Shown piece by piece: positions 19,940 to 30,192 of a DNA stretch of 64,000 bases. Origin of the DNA: an uncultured Gemmatimonadota bacterium (lineage in GTDB: Bacteria; GCA-2686955); NCBI GenBank assembly GCA_964490075.1, contig CAZBBK010000005.1:1-64000 (forward strand). Direction: 5' to 3'. A program made the translations under genes and the position numbers. The stretch's first letter is position 1; each line of letters starts with the position of its first letter. The notes beneath the pieces are model-generated. The model had not been told where the DNA came from. It saw only the letters and a list, made by a program, of their open reading frames with translations, and ran no database searches.

Positions 19940-21379
19940 ATGCCCCTCTCGATGACCGTCAATCAGAATGTCGCGCGCATGGAGTACGCGGTGCGCGGGC
20001 CGATCCCGCAGCGCGCATCAGAGCTCGCCAAGGCGGGGCGCCGCACCATTGCCTGCAACATCGGCAATCCCCAGGCCCTGGGGCAGAAGCCGATCAGCTA
20101 CTACCGCCAGGTGCTGAGCTTCCTCGAGGCACCCGACAAGCTGGCCCGTGAGCGCAGCCTGCGCCGCATCTGGGAGACCAGTCCCGAGGCGCTCGAGGGA
20201 CTGGGAGACGAGGACTTCGCCTCACCCTGGGTGATCGAGTTCTGCGAGCAGACTCATGCGCGGCTGAAGACCGGCATCGGCGCCTACTCCGAGAGCAACG
20301 GACCGGAGTTCATCCGCCGGGCGGTGGCCGACTTCATCGACCGCCGGGACGGCGTCGGGGCCGACTCCGGAGTCCCCGCCGACCCCGATTCGATCTTCCT
20401 GACCAACGGCGCGTCGGAGGCGGTGCGCTACATCATCGACATGCTGATCGCCGCACCCACGGACGGCATCATGATCCCGATTCCCCAGTACCCGCTCTAC
20501 TCGGCGACCATCGCCAAGGCGGGCGGCAAGCTGGTCGGGTACTTTCCGGATGAGAAGCGTGGCTGGGCATTGGATCGCTCGATCCTCGACGATGCGTTGA
20601 AGGGCGCCCGCGAACGCGGCGTCAGAGTCAAGGGAATCGTGGTGATCAACCCGGCCAATCCGACCGGCGCGATCCTGTCGCGAACCAGCGCCGACGACCT
20701 GGTCGATTTCGCCGCGGAGGAGGGACTGGCGATCATCGCCGACGAGGTCTATCAGGACAATCTCTACGGCGCCGAGTTCATCTCGTTCGCCAAGCTGGTC
20801 GGCAAGCGCGACATCCCGCTTTTCAGCCTGCACAGCACTTCGAAGGGCTTTCATGGCGAGTGCGGGCGGCGCGGCGGCTACGTCGAAGTGCGCAACCCGA
20901 TGGTCTTCGAGGGCGGCGCGCCCGGCGTGCGTGAGCTGCTCCAGAAGCAGGCCTCGGTCAGCCTCTGCTCGAACACCACGGGCCAGACCTTGACCTACAT
21001 CATGGTCAATCCCCCGCCCGCGGGCAGCGCGGACCACGCAAGGTACCTTCGCGAGAAAGAGGCGATCCTGGCTGCACTGCACCAGAAAGCGGCGATGATC
21101 CGTTCCGCGTTCGAGGAGATGCACGGGGTCGAGTGCTTCGGCCGAACGGGGGCGATGTATCTCTTTCCACGGCTCGGCCTGCTGCCTCCGGATACGACAG
21201 ATTTCGACTACTGCATGAGTCTCCTGGAGACCACCGGACTGTGCACCGTAAACGGCTCCGGGTTCGGTCAAAAGCCCGGCACGGCGCATCTCAGGATTGC
21301 GTTTCTGCCGCCCCACGAGATGCTGGAAGAAGTGCTGCCGGCCTGGATCGAGTTCCACAACCGCTACCTGGGACGCTAG
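19940..21379 (+). CDS. Alanine aminotransferase (class I/II PLP enzyme, eukaryote-like ALT type)
   Basis: YAVRG, NIGNP, IPQYPLYSA, INPANPTG, ADEVYQDN, HSTSKG..GECGRRGG and GSGFGQKPGT. Confidence 0.9.
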   Translation: MPLSMTVNQNVARMEYAVRGPIPQRASELAKAGRRTIACNIGNPQALGQKPISYYRQVLSFLEAPDKLARERSLRRIWETSPEALEGLGDEDFASPWVIEFCEQTHARLKTGIGAYSESNGPEFIRRAVADFIDRRDGVGADSGVPADPDSIFLTNGASEAVRYIIDMLIAAPTDGIMIPIPQYPLYSATIAKAGGKLVGYFPDEKRGWALDRSILDDALKGARERGVRVKGIVVINPANPTGAILSRTSADDLVDFAAEEGLAIIADEVYQDNLYGAEFISFAKLVGKRDIPLFSLHSTSKGFHGECGRRGGYVEVRNPMVFEGGAPGVRELLQKQASVSLCSNTTGQTLTYIMVNPPPAGSADHARYLREKEAILAALHQKAAMIRSAFEEMHGVECFGRTGAMYLFPRLGLLPPDTTDFDYCMSLLETTGLCTVNGSGFGQKPGTAHLRIAFLPPHEMLEEVLPAWIEFHNRYLGR

Positions 21380-21388
21380 GATCCGATC

Positions 21389-22327
21389 ATGTCCAAGCTC
21401 CCGATTCGCCATCCCCGTGCCCTCCTGAGCGGCAGTGGCCGCGCCCTCTCCGAAGGGCTACGCCTCGGCCGCGAGGCCGCCGCCCGCGCCCTGGATCCCG
21501 ACGGTCACCTGACCTGCAGCTTCCTCTTCGGTTGCCCGCGCTCTGGCACCACCTTTTTGAGCCGCCTCATCAGCGCTCACCCCGCCGTGGGCTACATCGA
21601 GGAGCCGAATTTCGGTCCTCTGCTGCGCAATTTGCACGAGGAGCTGATCGGCGCGGTCGAGCTCAAGGCGAAGATGCGCAAGAAGCACGTCAGCGAGGTC
21701 TCCGAGCGCGGCTTCAAGTTCTCGGTCGAGCTGAGCCGGGTCGAGCGCGCATCAGCATTTCGAGAGTGCCGGCGGCTGGTGCGCTCGCTGATGGGAGATT
21801 TGTTGCGCGAATACTCCGAGGATCCGAAGATCAAGGTCTTCTTCACCAAGTCGCCCGACGACACCCTCTACGCCCGGGAGCTCACTTCCTGCTTCCCCGG
21901 CGGTCGCTTCATCCAGATCATTCGCGACGGTCGCGATGTCGCGAGCTCCTTCGTGAGCCGCAATCTCTTCAAGACCTGGAAGATCGAGATGCAGGGCAAG
22001 GAGCCGATCGAGGCGGCCGCGCTGCTGTGGAAACAACGGGTCATGGCCGGGCGCGCCTACGGTCGCCTGGCGGGGGATCGTTATCGCGAAGTCATCTACG
22101 AGGACTTCGTGCGCCAGCCCCGCGAGACCAGCCAGGCGCTGCTCGACTGGCTCGGCCTGGAATGGACCAACGAGATGGACACCTTCCTCGAGCACGGCAT
22201 GGGCGGGCTCACCACCGATCGGATCGCTGTCTACAAGCGAACCCTGACGGAGGAGCAGGTCGAGCTCTTCGAGACCCAGGTCGCCGATTTCCTGACCGAT
22301 CTCGGCTACTCCGTCGGCGGCTCATAG
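21389..22327 (+). CDS. Sulfotransferase family protein
   Basis: 5'-PSB loop GCPRSGTT, 3'-PB motif RDGRDVASS and YEDFV. Confidence 0.88.
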   Translation: MSKLPIRHPRALLSGSGRALSEGLRLGREAAARALDPDGHLTCSFLFGCPRSGTTFLSRLISAHPAVGYIEEPNFGPLLRNLHEELIGAVELKAKMRKKHVSEVSERGFKFSVELSRVERASAFRECRRLVRSLMGDLLREYSEDPKIKVFFTKSPDDTLYARELTSCFPGGRFIQIIRDGRDVASSFVSRNLFKTWKIEMQGKEPIEAAALLWKQRVMAGRAYGRLAGDRYREVIYEDFVRQPRETSQALLDWLGLEWTNEMDTFLEHGMGGLTTDRIAVYKRTLTEEQVELFETQVADFLTDLGYSVGGS

Positions 22328-25300
22328 TGCCGCCCGCCTCCGCGCCCGGCGCGTCGCGCGACGCCCGGCGTCGGCCAGCACGTAGAGCACCGGCACCAGT
22401 ACCAGCGTCAGAAAGGTCGAGGCCGTCAGCCCGCCGATGACCGCCCGCGCCAGCGGGAAGTAGAAGGCGCTGCCGACCGCGGTGGCACCGATCGCCAGCG
22501 GCACCATTCCCAGCACCGTGGTCGCCGCGGTCATCAGGATGGGACGCAGGCGTTCCGCTCCCCCTTCGATGACCGCCTCTTCGAGGGTCTCCCCGCGGCG
22601 TCGGCGCACGTTGATGTGGTCGACCAGAATGATGCCGTTGTTGACGACAATTCCCACCAGGATCAGGATGCCGATCATCCCCATGATGCCGAGCGGAGTG
22701 TCGGTGAGCAGGAAGAACCAGAACACGCCGACCCCGGCGAAAGGGATGGCGAAGAGGATCACCAGGGGAAAGAGCAGCGATTCGAAGAGCGAGGCCATCA
22801 CCAGGTAGACCAGGCCGGCCGCGCCGATCAGGTTGAACTGCATCCACTTCAGATCTTCGTCCTGCGATTCGATGCGGCGGCTGAACGACCAGTCGTAGGT
22901 GGGCGGGAAGCGCTTCGCCGCCAGATCATCGAGGGTCTCGCGGATCGCCTCGCGGTGCGGGTCGAAGCTCTTCCCGGCGTAGCTGCCGCCGATCGCCACC
23001 GAGGTTCTGCGATCCAGGCGTTCGATGGTCGCGGGACCGCGGCGGCGGGTGAAGCGCGCCACGTTGCCGAGCGGCACGCTGCGCCGCGACTCGGTCATGA
23101 CCGGCAGCCCCGACAGAACTTCGATGCCACGCCGATCGCCGGGGTCCAGGCTCACCAACAGATCGAGCTCTTCGTCCGGGGTGCGCAGGCGGTTCAGATA
23201 GGCGCCGCGCAGGGTGAAGCCGAAGAACTCCAGCATGCGCCGTGCGCTGAAGCCGATGCCGGCGGCGCGCTCGCGGTCGAGCGACACCTGCACCTCGTCG
23301 CGGCTGCGCTCGCGGATCACGCGCAGATCGGCGATGCCCTCGATTCTGGCGAGAGCTCGGCGCGCTTCGGTGGCCAAGACCAGCAACTCTTCCGGCTCCT
23401 CGCCGTGCAGGTAGAGACGAAATTCGTTCTTGCCGCCGTCGTCTCCTTCCTCGATCTCGAAGGGAGTCAGACGCACCCCGCCGATCTCCGGCAGGGACTC
23501 GCGGAGCTGCTCCCGGAGCTCGGCCCAGCGTTTCTCGCCCAGCTCGTCGCGCGGCAGCTCCAGACGAGTGAAAGCGCGGGCGTCGCCGAAAAAGCTGTAG
23601 CAGCTGGTGAAAGGCAGCCAATCGCGCTGCTGGTAGAGCCACTCCTCGACTTGATCCACGACCAACTCCACTCGTCCCGAATGCAGGCTGTCGTGGAACT
23701 CGTAGTCCACGCCCAGGAAGTCGAGGGCGATCTCTCGATCCAGGTCGCGCTCCAGGCCGAGCCACTTCGGCGGCGCCACCAGGGCGAGCGCCAGCACCGC
23801 GATACAAGCGACGCTGAGCCAGCGGTGGGCGAGCGAGAAGCGCAAGAGACGGCGATAGGCGCCCTCGAGCCTGTGCGTCGACGCGGCCGCCGTGCCCGCC
23901 CCCCGCAGCCGCGCGGCCAGCATCGGAATCAGCGTCAGCGACACCAGAAGTGATGCGATCAGGGTCAAGGTCAACGCCACCGCGACCTCTTCCAGCCACA
24001 CGTTGAGCTCGGTCTTGCGGCCGAACACGAAGGGCAGAAAGATGATCACCGAAGTGGTGGTCGACGCCAGAACCGCGAGGCGCACGTCGCGCGTGCCACG
24101 GCGCGCGGCGACACGCGGCTCGGCGCCGCGCTGCAACTCGCGCATGATCGACTCGATGACCACCACCGAGTTGTCGACCAACATCCCCACCCCGAGCATC
24201 AGTCCCATCATCACCAGCACGTTGAGGGTCTTGCCGAGCCAGAAAAGCACCACGCAGGCGATCACCAGCGAGAAGGGGATGGCGCAGGCGACGAGCGCCG
24301 TGGCGTCGGCTCGGCGCAGGAAGGCCAGGAGCACCGCCACCGCCAGCAGCGCACCCCACAATCCGGCCGAGCGCAGCCCGCCGATCGCCTCCAGGATCTC
24401 CTGGGATTGGTCGTTCATGACCAGCAGGTCGATCCCCTCGAGCGCAGGGTCGGCGCCGACCCGCTCCAGGGTCCGGGCCGCCGCCCGCGCCACCTCGACG
24501 GTGTTGGCCGACGACTCTTTCAGCACCGCCACTCCGACCGCGTCGCTGCGGTTCAGATGCCGGCGCCAGGTCTCGGCCGGCTCCACGCGACCGACCCGGG
24601 CCACGTCGTCGAGGCGCAGCTCGGCACTCTCCGAGACCGGAAGCGCGGCCAGCTCGGCGACCGAATCCACGCCACGGGCGGCGCGCACCGCAAAACGGCG
24701 ACCCGATTCCACCACCCGCCCCAGGGTCGCGGCTCCGGTGGCGGCATCGATGCGCGCGACCAGGGCAGCGACATCGATCTGATGCTCCTGGATCTTCTCA
24801 AGGTCGAGATCGACCCGCAGCTCCGGTCGCGACACGCCGTAGAGCTCGACCCGCGCCACCCCCGGCAGCCGGGTCAGGGGCCGCACGACGTGGGTCTCGA
24901 GCAGGTTGTAGGACTGCGCCAGAGCGGGGCCGCGAGAGGAGATCCGGACCTCCAGCACTGGCAGATCGGTGGCGATGTTGGCGCTGTAGATAAAGATGTC
25001 GCGTACATCTTCGGGCAGCGCCGGGCGCACCTGGTCGAGCTTCTCGCGCACCTCGAGGCGCGCCAGGTCGATCGACTTGCCCCAGTCGAAGGCCAGCACG
25101 ATCTCGGCGCCCGCCCGCCCCGCCTCGGAACGCATCTCCCGCACCCCGAAAAGTGTCGCGAGCTGCTCCTCGGCCGGGCGCACGATGCGCCGCTCGATCT
25201 CCGAGGGCAGCGAGTCGTGATAAGGAATGAACACGTAGATCTCGGGCCAGTCGATTCCCGGCAGGAATGCCAGCGGCAGCCGCGCCATCGCCAGCGCGCC

Positions 25301-25363
25301 CAGCACCGCCAGGCAGAGAAAGGCCATTCCCACCGCCACCGGCCGCTCCAGCAGCCCGGTCAT
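22322..25363 (-). CDS. RND efflux permease subunit (AcrB/MdtC-like), copy 2
   Basis: GMLVDNSVVVIE, MASLFES, GIVVNNGIILVD and RLRPILMT. ATG 25363 overlaps the upstream TGA (the 2126-aa track ORF is over-extended). Confidence 0.94.
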   Translation of the reverse strand: MTGLLERPVAVGMAFLCLAVLGALAMARLPLAFLPGIDWPEIYVFIPYHDSLPSEIERRIVRPAEEQLATLFGVREMRSEAGRAGAEIVLAFDWGKSIDLARLEVREKLDQVRPALPEDVRDIFIYSANIATDLPVLEVRISSRGPALAQSYNLLETHVVRPLTRLPGVARVELYGVSRPELRVDLDLEKIQEHQIDVAALVARIDAATGAATLGRVVESGRRFAVRAARGVDSVAELAALPVSESAELRLDDVARVGRVEPAETWRRHLNRSDAVGVAVLKESSANTVEVARAAARTLERVGADPALEGIDLLVMNDQSQEILEAIGGLRSAGLWGALLAVAVLLAFLRRADATALVACAIPFSLVIACVVLFWLGKTLNVLVMMGLMLGVGMLVDNSVVVIESIMRELQRGAEPRVAARRGTRDVRLAVLASTTTSVIIFLPFVFGRKTELNVWLEEVAVALTLTLIASLLVSLTLIPMLAARLRGAGTAAASTHRLEGAYRRLLRFSLAHRWLSVACIAVLALALVAPPKWLGLERDLDREIALDFLGVDYEFHDSLHSGRVELVVDQVEEWLYQQRDWLPFTSCYSFFGDARAFTRLELPRDELGEKRWAELREQLRESLPEIGGVRLTPFEIEEGDDGGKNEFRLYLHGEEPEELLVLATEARRALARIEGIADLRVIRERSRDEVQVSLDRERAAGIGFSARRMLEFFGFTLRGAYLNRLRTPDEELDLLVSLDPGDRRGIEVLSGLPVMTESRRSVPLGNVARFTRRRGPATIERLDRRTSVAIGGSYAGKSFDPHREAIRETLDDLAAKRFPPTYDWSFSRRIESQDEDLKWMQFNLIGAAGLVYLVMASLFESLLFPLVILFAIPFAGVGVFWFFLLTDTPLGIMGMIGILILVGIVVNNGIILVDHINVRRRRGETLEEAVIEGGAERLRPILMTAATTVLGMVPLAIGATAVGSAFYFPLARAVIGGLTASTFLTLVLVPVLYVLADAGRRATRRARRRAAL

Positions 25364-28300
25364 CGCCCTTGCCCCGGCGTCTCGGCCCGCGTCTCCTCTA
25401 CGCCCGGCGCGCTCCAGCGGCGGCGAGCGAAACGGTCGAGGGTGGCGTAGAGCACCGGCACCACCACCAGCGAGATGAGGGTCGACACGCTGAGACCGCC
25501 GATCACGGTCAGAGCCAGGGGCGCGCGCAGCTCCCCCCCCTCCCCCAGCCCGAGCGCCATCGGCACCAGACCCAGCACCGTGGTCACGGTGGTCATCAAG
25601 ATCGGTCGCAGACGCAACGATCCCGCCTCGACCAGCGCCTGGTCGATCGCCAATCCCGCCGCCCGGCGCCGGTTCACCGCGTCGACCAGCACGATCGAGT
25701 TGTTGACCATGATTCCGGCCAGCATGATCGCGCCGATCAGCACCACCACGTCGACCGGCCGGTTGGCGGCGGCCAGCGCGGCGACCACGCCGGTGCCGCC
25801 GAGGGGCACGGTGAGCAGGATCACGAATGGGTGCACCAGCGACTCGAACTGGCTGGCCATCACCAGGTAGACCAGAAAGAGCGCCAGCAGGAGCGCCAGG
25901 CGCAGCGACTCGAAGGAGGCGTCGAGCTCGCGGCTCTGGCCTGCCAGATCGGCGCGCACTCCGGCCGGGCGCGGCAGCGTGGCGAGGGTACGCTCGACCA
26001 GGTCGACGGCGCCGCGCAGGTCGATGCTCTCGCCCAGGTCGGCGCGCACCACCACCGCCCGCTCCTGCGCGATACGCCGGATCTCGGTGGGACCGAGGGC
26101 GCGCTCGATGCGCGCCACCGAACGCAATCGCACCGGCCGCGTGGCACCCGGATTGAGGATGAAGTCGCCCAGCGCGGCGATCGTCCGGCGGTCGGTGTCG
26201 ACCCCCCGGATCCGCACGTCGACCACCTCCTCCCCGCGGCGCAGGCGAGTCGCCACGGTTCCTTCCAGCCGCTCGCGCACCAGGCGCGAGGCCGAGGCCG
26301 GATCGAGCCCGGCGTGAGCCAGCTTCACCGGATCGAAATGGACCACCAGCTCCGGGCTGCCGGAGCGGGTCGAGAGGCTCGGATCGGAGAGCTGGGGAAG
26401 CGAGTCGAGCGCCGCGGCGATCGCTTCGGCGGTGGCGGCGATGCGGGTCAGATCGGCGCCATAAACCTCGACCTCGAGCGGCGCCTCGAGGGTGAAGAGG
26501 GTCGGGCGGGTCAGCTCGAAGACCAGATCGGGGACCGCGGCGAGGATCCGCCGCGCGCGCGACTCCAGGCGCGCTTCGGCCCGGCGATCGCCGGCGTCCT
26601 CCAGGGTCACGCCGATCCGGGCGTCCCCCGGACCCTGGGCATCGGCGTCGAGGGCGTCGGCGCCGCTGCCGCCGATCACCGAGCTGACCCGCGCCACCCC
26701 CTCGAGCTCGGCCAGGTGCCGCTCCAGGTCGGTCACGATCCGCTCGGTGGTGTCGATCGGGGTGCCGTCGGGCAGCCGGACCACCAGCTCGAAGCGCCCC
26801 TGGGCCAGGTCGGGAATCAGCTCCACTCCCAGCTTCTGGAGTCCCCAGAGTGCCACGCCGAAGAGCAGCGCGCTGCCGGCCAGCACCGCGCCCCGCTGGC
26901 GCAGCGCCGCCCGCACGATGCGCGGGTAGGCCCGCTCGAGACGACCGAAGCCGCGGTCGAAGCGCCCCAAGAGCGGCTCCCAGGCGCGCCCCGAGCCGCG
27001 CCGCATCAGGCTCCAGGCGCGACCGGACCAGCGCAGCAGCCAGGCCACCAGCCCGAGCAGCCAGCGCTCGGCGAAGCGCGCGATCCGCCCCCGGTGCTCG
27101 GGGTGCAGAGGCTCCGGGTCGGCCCAGCCGACGCTGCCCTCCCGCGAGCCGGCCCCCGCCGCGCGCCGGTCCCCCCCACCCTGCGCCGCGCCGGCACGCG
27201 CCACCAGCATCGGAATCAGCGTCAGCGAGACCAGCAGCGAGCCAGCCAGTGCCGCGGCGACGGTCAGGGAAAGATCGCGGAAGAGCGCCCCCGCGAGTCC
27301 CTCGACGAACACGATCGGAAAGAACACCGCGCAGGTGGTGAGGGTCGAGGCGACCACCGCCCCGGCCACCTCGCCGGTCCCCCGGTCGGCCGCCTCCAGC
27401 GCGCGCTCGCCCCGCTCGCGGCGCCGCGCGATCGCCTCCAGCACCACGATCGAGCTGTCGACCACCATCCCCACTCCGAGCGCCAACCCACCCAGGGTCA
27501 TGATGTTGACCGACAGGCCGAGACGGAAGAGCAGCAGCAGCGCAAAGAGCACCGAGATCGGAATCGCCGCCGCCACCACCAGCGTGCTGCGCAGGTCGCG
27601 CAGGAACACGAAGAGCACACAGATCGCCAGCAAGCCGCCGTAGACCGCCGCCAGGATCACCTCGCGCGCCGAGGCGGTGATGAACTCGCTCTGGTCGTGG
27701 ATGGTGGTCAGCCGCACCTCCTCCGGCAGCCGCTCCTCGATCTGCCGCAGGCGCTCGGCGACCCGCCGCGCCACCGCCACCGTGTTGGCGTCCCCCTCGC
27801 GATAGAGGGCCAGCTCGACCGCCTCGTGGCCGTCGATGTGGGTGATCACTTCGCGCTCGCGCGGCCGCCGCTCGACCCGCGCCACGTCGCCCAGGCGCAC
27901 CCGCCGCCCCCCTTCGGCGCGCAGCACCAGGCGGGCCAGCTCCGGCGCCGACCGGAACTCGTTGAGGATCCGCACCAGATAGCGCGAGTCGCCGACCACC
28001 AGCGAGCCGCCGGCGCGGTTCAGGTTCTCGCCCGCCAGGCGCGAGCGCACCAGCTCCGGCGAGAGGCCGAGCGCAAAGAGCCGCTCCTGGTCGAGGGCCA
28101 CCAGGATCTCTTCCTCGACCCCGCCGAGCAGTTTGACCGCCGCCACCCCCTCGACCGTCTCCAGGTTGCGCTCGATCACCCGTTCGGCCAGGTCGCGCAG
28201 CGTGCTCTGGTCGCCCGAGCCCGACAGTCCCAGGCGCAGGATCGGATCCTGGTTCGGGTCGTAGCGCAGCACCACGGGGCGCGTGGCCCCCTCGGGCAGC

Positions 28301-28641
28301 CGCACCCGGTCGAGCTGCTCGCGCACGTCGAGGGCCGCGAAGTCGATGTCGCGTCCCCAGGCGAACTGGAGCTGGATCTCGGATCGGTTCGGCAACGAGC
28401 GGCTCACCACCCGCTGCACAGCGCTGACCACGCCGACCGCCTCTTCGAGAGGCCGGGTCAGGAGCTCCTCGACCTCCGGCGGGGCCGCCCCCGGGAACTC
28501 GGAGCGCAAGGTCAGGGTCGGATAGTCGATGCGCGGCAAGAGGTCGACCGGCAGGCGCAGCGCCGCCAGGATGCCGAAGAGCGCCACGGCCGCCGTCGCC
28601 ATGCCGATGGTGACCGGGTGGCGGGTCGAGAAGCGGATCAC
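25360..28641 (-). CDS. RND efflux permease subunit (AcrB/MdtB-like), copy 1
   Basis: LPVDLLP.IDYP, GMVVDSSIVVLE, MASQFES, VNNSIVLVD and RLRPILMTT. Confidence 0.95.
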   Translation of the reverse strand: MIRFSTRHPVTIGMATAAVALFGILAALRLPVDLLPRIDYPTLTLRSEFPGAAPPEVEELLTRPLEEAVGVVSAVQRVVSRSLPNRSEIQLQFAWGRDIDFAALDVREQLDRVRLPEGATRPVVLRYDPNQDPILRLGLSGSGDQSTLRDLAERVIERNLETVEGVAAVKLLGGVEEEILVALDQERLFALGLSPELVRSRLAGENLNRAGGSLVVGDSRYLVRILNEFRSAPELARLVLRAEGGRRVRLGDVARVERRPREREVITHIDGHEAVELALYREGDANTVAVARRVAERLRQIEERLPEEVRLTTIHDQSEFITASAREVILAAVYGGLLAICVLFVFLRDLRSTLVVAAAIPISVLFALLLLFRLGLSVNIMTLGGLALGVGMVVDSSIVVLEAIARRRERGERALEAADRGTGEVAGAVVASTLTTCAVFFPIVFVEGLAGALFRDLSLTVAAALAGSLLVSLTLIPMLVARAGAAQGGGDRRAAGAGSREGSVGWADPEPLHPEHRGRIARFAERWLLGLVAWLLRWSGRAWSLMRRGSGRAWEPLLGRFDRGFGRLERAYPRIVRAALRQRGAVLAGSALLFGVALWGLQKLGVELIPDLAQGRFELVVRLPDGTPIDTTERIVTDLERHLAELEGVARVSSVIGGSGADALDADAQGPGDARIGVTLEDAGDRRAEARLESRARRILAAVPDLVFELTRPTLFTLEAPLEVEVYGADLTRIAATAEAIAAALDSLPQLSDPSLSTRSGSPELVVHFDPVKLAHAGLDPASASRLVRERLEGTVATRLRRGEEVVDVRIRGVDTDRRTIAALGDFILNPGATRPVRLRSVARIERALGPTEIRRIAQERAVVVRADLGESIDLRGAVDLVERTLATLPRPAGVRADLAGQSRELDASFESLRLALLLALFLVYLVMASQFESLVHPFVILLTVPLGGTGVVAALAAANRPVDVVVLIGAIMLAGIMVNNSIVLVDAVNRRRAAGLAIDQALVEAGSLRLRPILMTTVTTVLGLVPMALGLGEGGELRAPLALTVIGGLSVSTLISLVVVPVLYATLDRFARRRWSAPGVEETRAETPGQGR

Positions 28642-29753
28642 AGCGCGGCGTTTCCGTCCTCGCGCTCGGCGGCCAGCGCTCCGGCTTCCTCATCCTCGCC
28701 ATCGACCACGCTGACCCGATCGCCCCTGCGCAGCGCCCCCTGCCCCGCGCTGACCACCGCGTCCCCCTCGTCGAGCCCGCGTCGGACCTCGGTCCAGCCG
28801 TCGGCGGCCAGACCGATCTCGACGCCGGCGCGCGTCACCGAATCCCCCTCGACCCGGAACACGAAGGACTCACCCGGGTCGAAGAGCAGGGCGTCGGTCG
28901 GCACCAAGAGCACCGCGTCGCGCACCTCGGTGACCACCCGCACCCGGGCGAAGGAGCCGGGACGCAGGGCGAGCTCGGGGTTGGGGACCTCGATGGTGAC
29001 CTCGACGGTGCCGGCGCTGGGGTCGACCACCGGGCTGATCAGGCGGATTTCGCCCTCGTGGCGCCCGCCGCTCGCGCGCCCGGCGAGGATCTCGACCGGT
29101 TGGCCGATCCGCAGCTCGGCGACCTCGTCCTCGGGCAGATGGATGCGCAGCAGCAGAGGATCGAGCACCACCACCCGCGCCACCGGCGCCCCGGCGGTGG
29201 CCGACTGCCCCGGGCGGATCGAGAGCGCCGCCAGCACGCCCTCGAAGGGGGCACGCACCCGGGTGCGATCCAGGCGCTCCTTGGCCAGCTCGAGGTCGGT
29301 CGCGCTCAGCTCGGCCTGCAAGCGGGCCGCCTCGAAACGCTCGCCGGCCACCAGCTCGCGCTCGTGCAGCCGGGTGATGCGCGCCAGCTCCGCCGCGTCG
29401 CGCTCGGCGACCAGCCGGGCCCGCGCCACCTGCAGGCGCGGATCGTCGTCATCGAGCGTCACCAGCAGCGCACCGGCAGGCACCGCATCCCCCTCCTCGA
29501 AGGCCACCGCCTCGACCCGCCCGGAGGTCTCGGCCAGCAGCATCGCCTCGCGCTCCGCCTCGAGATTCCCGGCGCTGGGAATGAAGCGCGAGATCGGCCC
29601 GCGCCGCACCGCCGTCACCGCCACCGACACCGAGCTCTCGCCCTCGCCCTGCTCCAGCTCCTCGGCGACGCCGTCATCGGAGCGCGAGCAGGAGCACAGG
29701 CTGAGGAGGACTCCGAGCGCGGCCAGAGGGGCCAGGACGCCGATGCTGCGCAT
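28638..29753 (-). CDS. RND periplasmic adaptor (membrane fusion) lipoprotein
   Basis: Lipobox-like LCSC, SGRVEAV..EEGD.V..G, VRAPFEG, LRPGSF and GLDEGD.VV..GQ. Confidence 0.93.
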   Translation of the reverse strand: MRSIGVLAPLAALGVLLSLCSCSRSDDGVAEELEQGEGESSVSVAVTAVRRGPISRFIPSAGNLEAEREAMLLAETSGRVEAVAFEEGDAVPAGALLVTLDDDDPRLQVARARLVAERDAAELARITRLHERELVAGERFEAARLQAELSATDLELAKERLDRTRVRAPFEGVLAALSIRPGQSATAGAPVARVVVLDPLLLRIHLPEDEVAELRIGQPVEILAGRASGGRHEGEIRLISPVVDPSAGTVEVTIEVPNPELALRPGSFARVRVVTEVRDAVLLVPTDALLFDPGESFVFRVEGDSVTRAGVEIGLAADGWTEVRRGLDEGDAVVSAGQGALRRGDRVSVVDGEDEEAGALAAEREDGNAAL

Positions 29754-30096
29754 GTTCAACTCTCCTCGCCCTTCGCATGGTCCCCGCCGCACCAAACTAC
29801 GACGGAATCGCGCCGGGGGTTTCGGGGGGACGGCCACCCGGATTGACTCGGTATGATGTTGCTGGCGCGGCGCGACCCCTTCAGCGCCAGCTCGACGGTT
29901 TCCTGCGATTCACCAACGACATCGGCTCTGCGATCGGCCTCGAAGAGCACTTCGAGCGGGGACAGGCGAGCGCCGGCGCGGCGCAGATAGCCGGCGGTGA
30001 GAACGAGTCAGATGATCCGCTGGGCAGGGCCGCTCTCTGTTCCTCGTGGCGATAGCCGCCGCGTTGCTGGCCACTCCCGGGACTGTGCCAAGAACA

Positions 30097-30140
30097 TGTT
30101 GACGCCGTCAACACCCGGGCCGATATTGACACTGTCAACA
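30097..30140. promoter_or_regulatory. Two tandem 17-bp palindromic operators overlapping a sigma70-like promoter
   Basis: TGTTGACG-C-CGTCAACA (30097-30113, perfect) and TATTGACA-C-TGTCAACA (30124-30140). TTGACG-N17-GATATT spans both. Confidence 0.75.
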
Positions 30141-30192
30141 CCGACTCCTCGCGGAGAGCCTGGACACCGATCGCCAAAGAGTGAGCAGCACC

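Noticed and set aside
22322-28702. 2126-aa ORF as a giant fused RND
   Set aside because: The N-terminal half is an off-frame shadow of the upstream RND gene; the real protein starts at ATG 25363.
29754-30096. Small ORFs upstream of the RND operon
   Set aside because: No RBS or coding bias; treated as intergenic.
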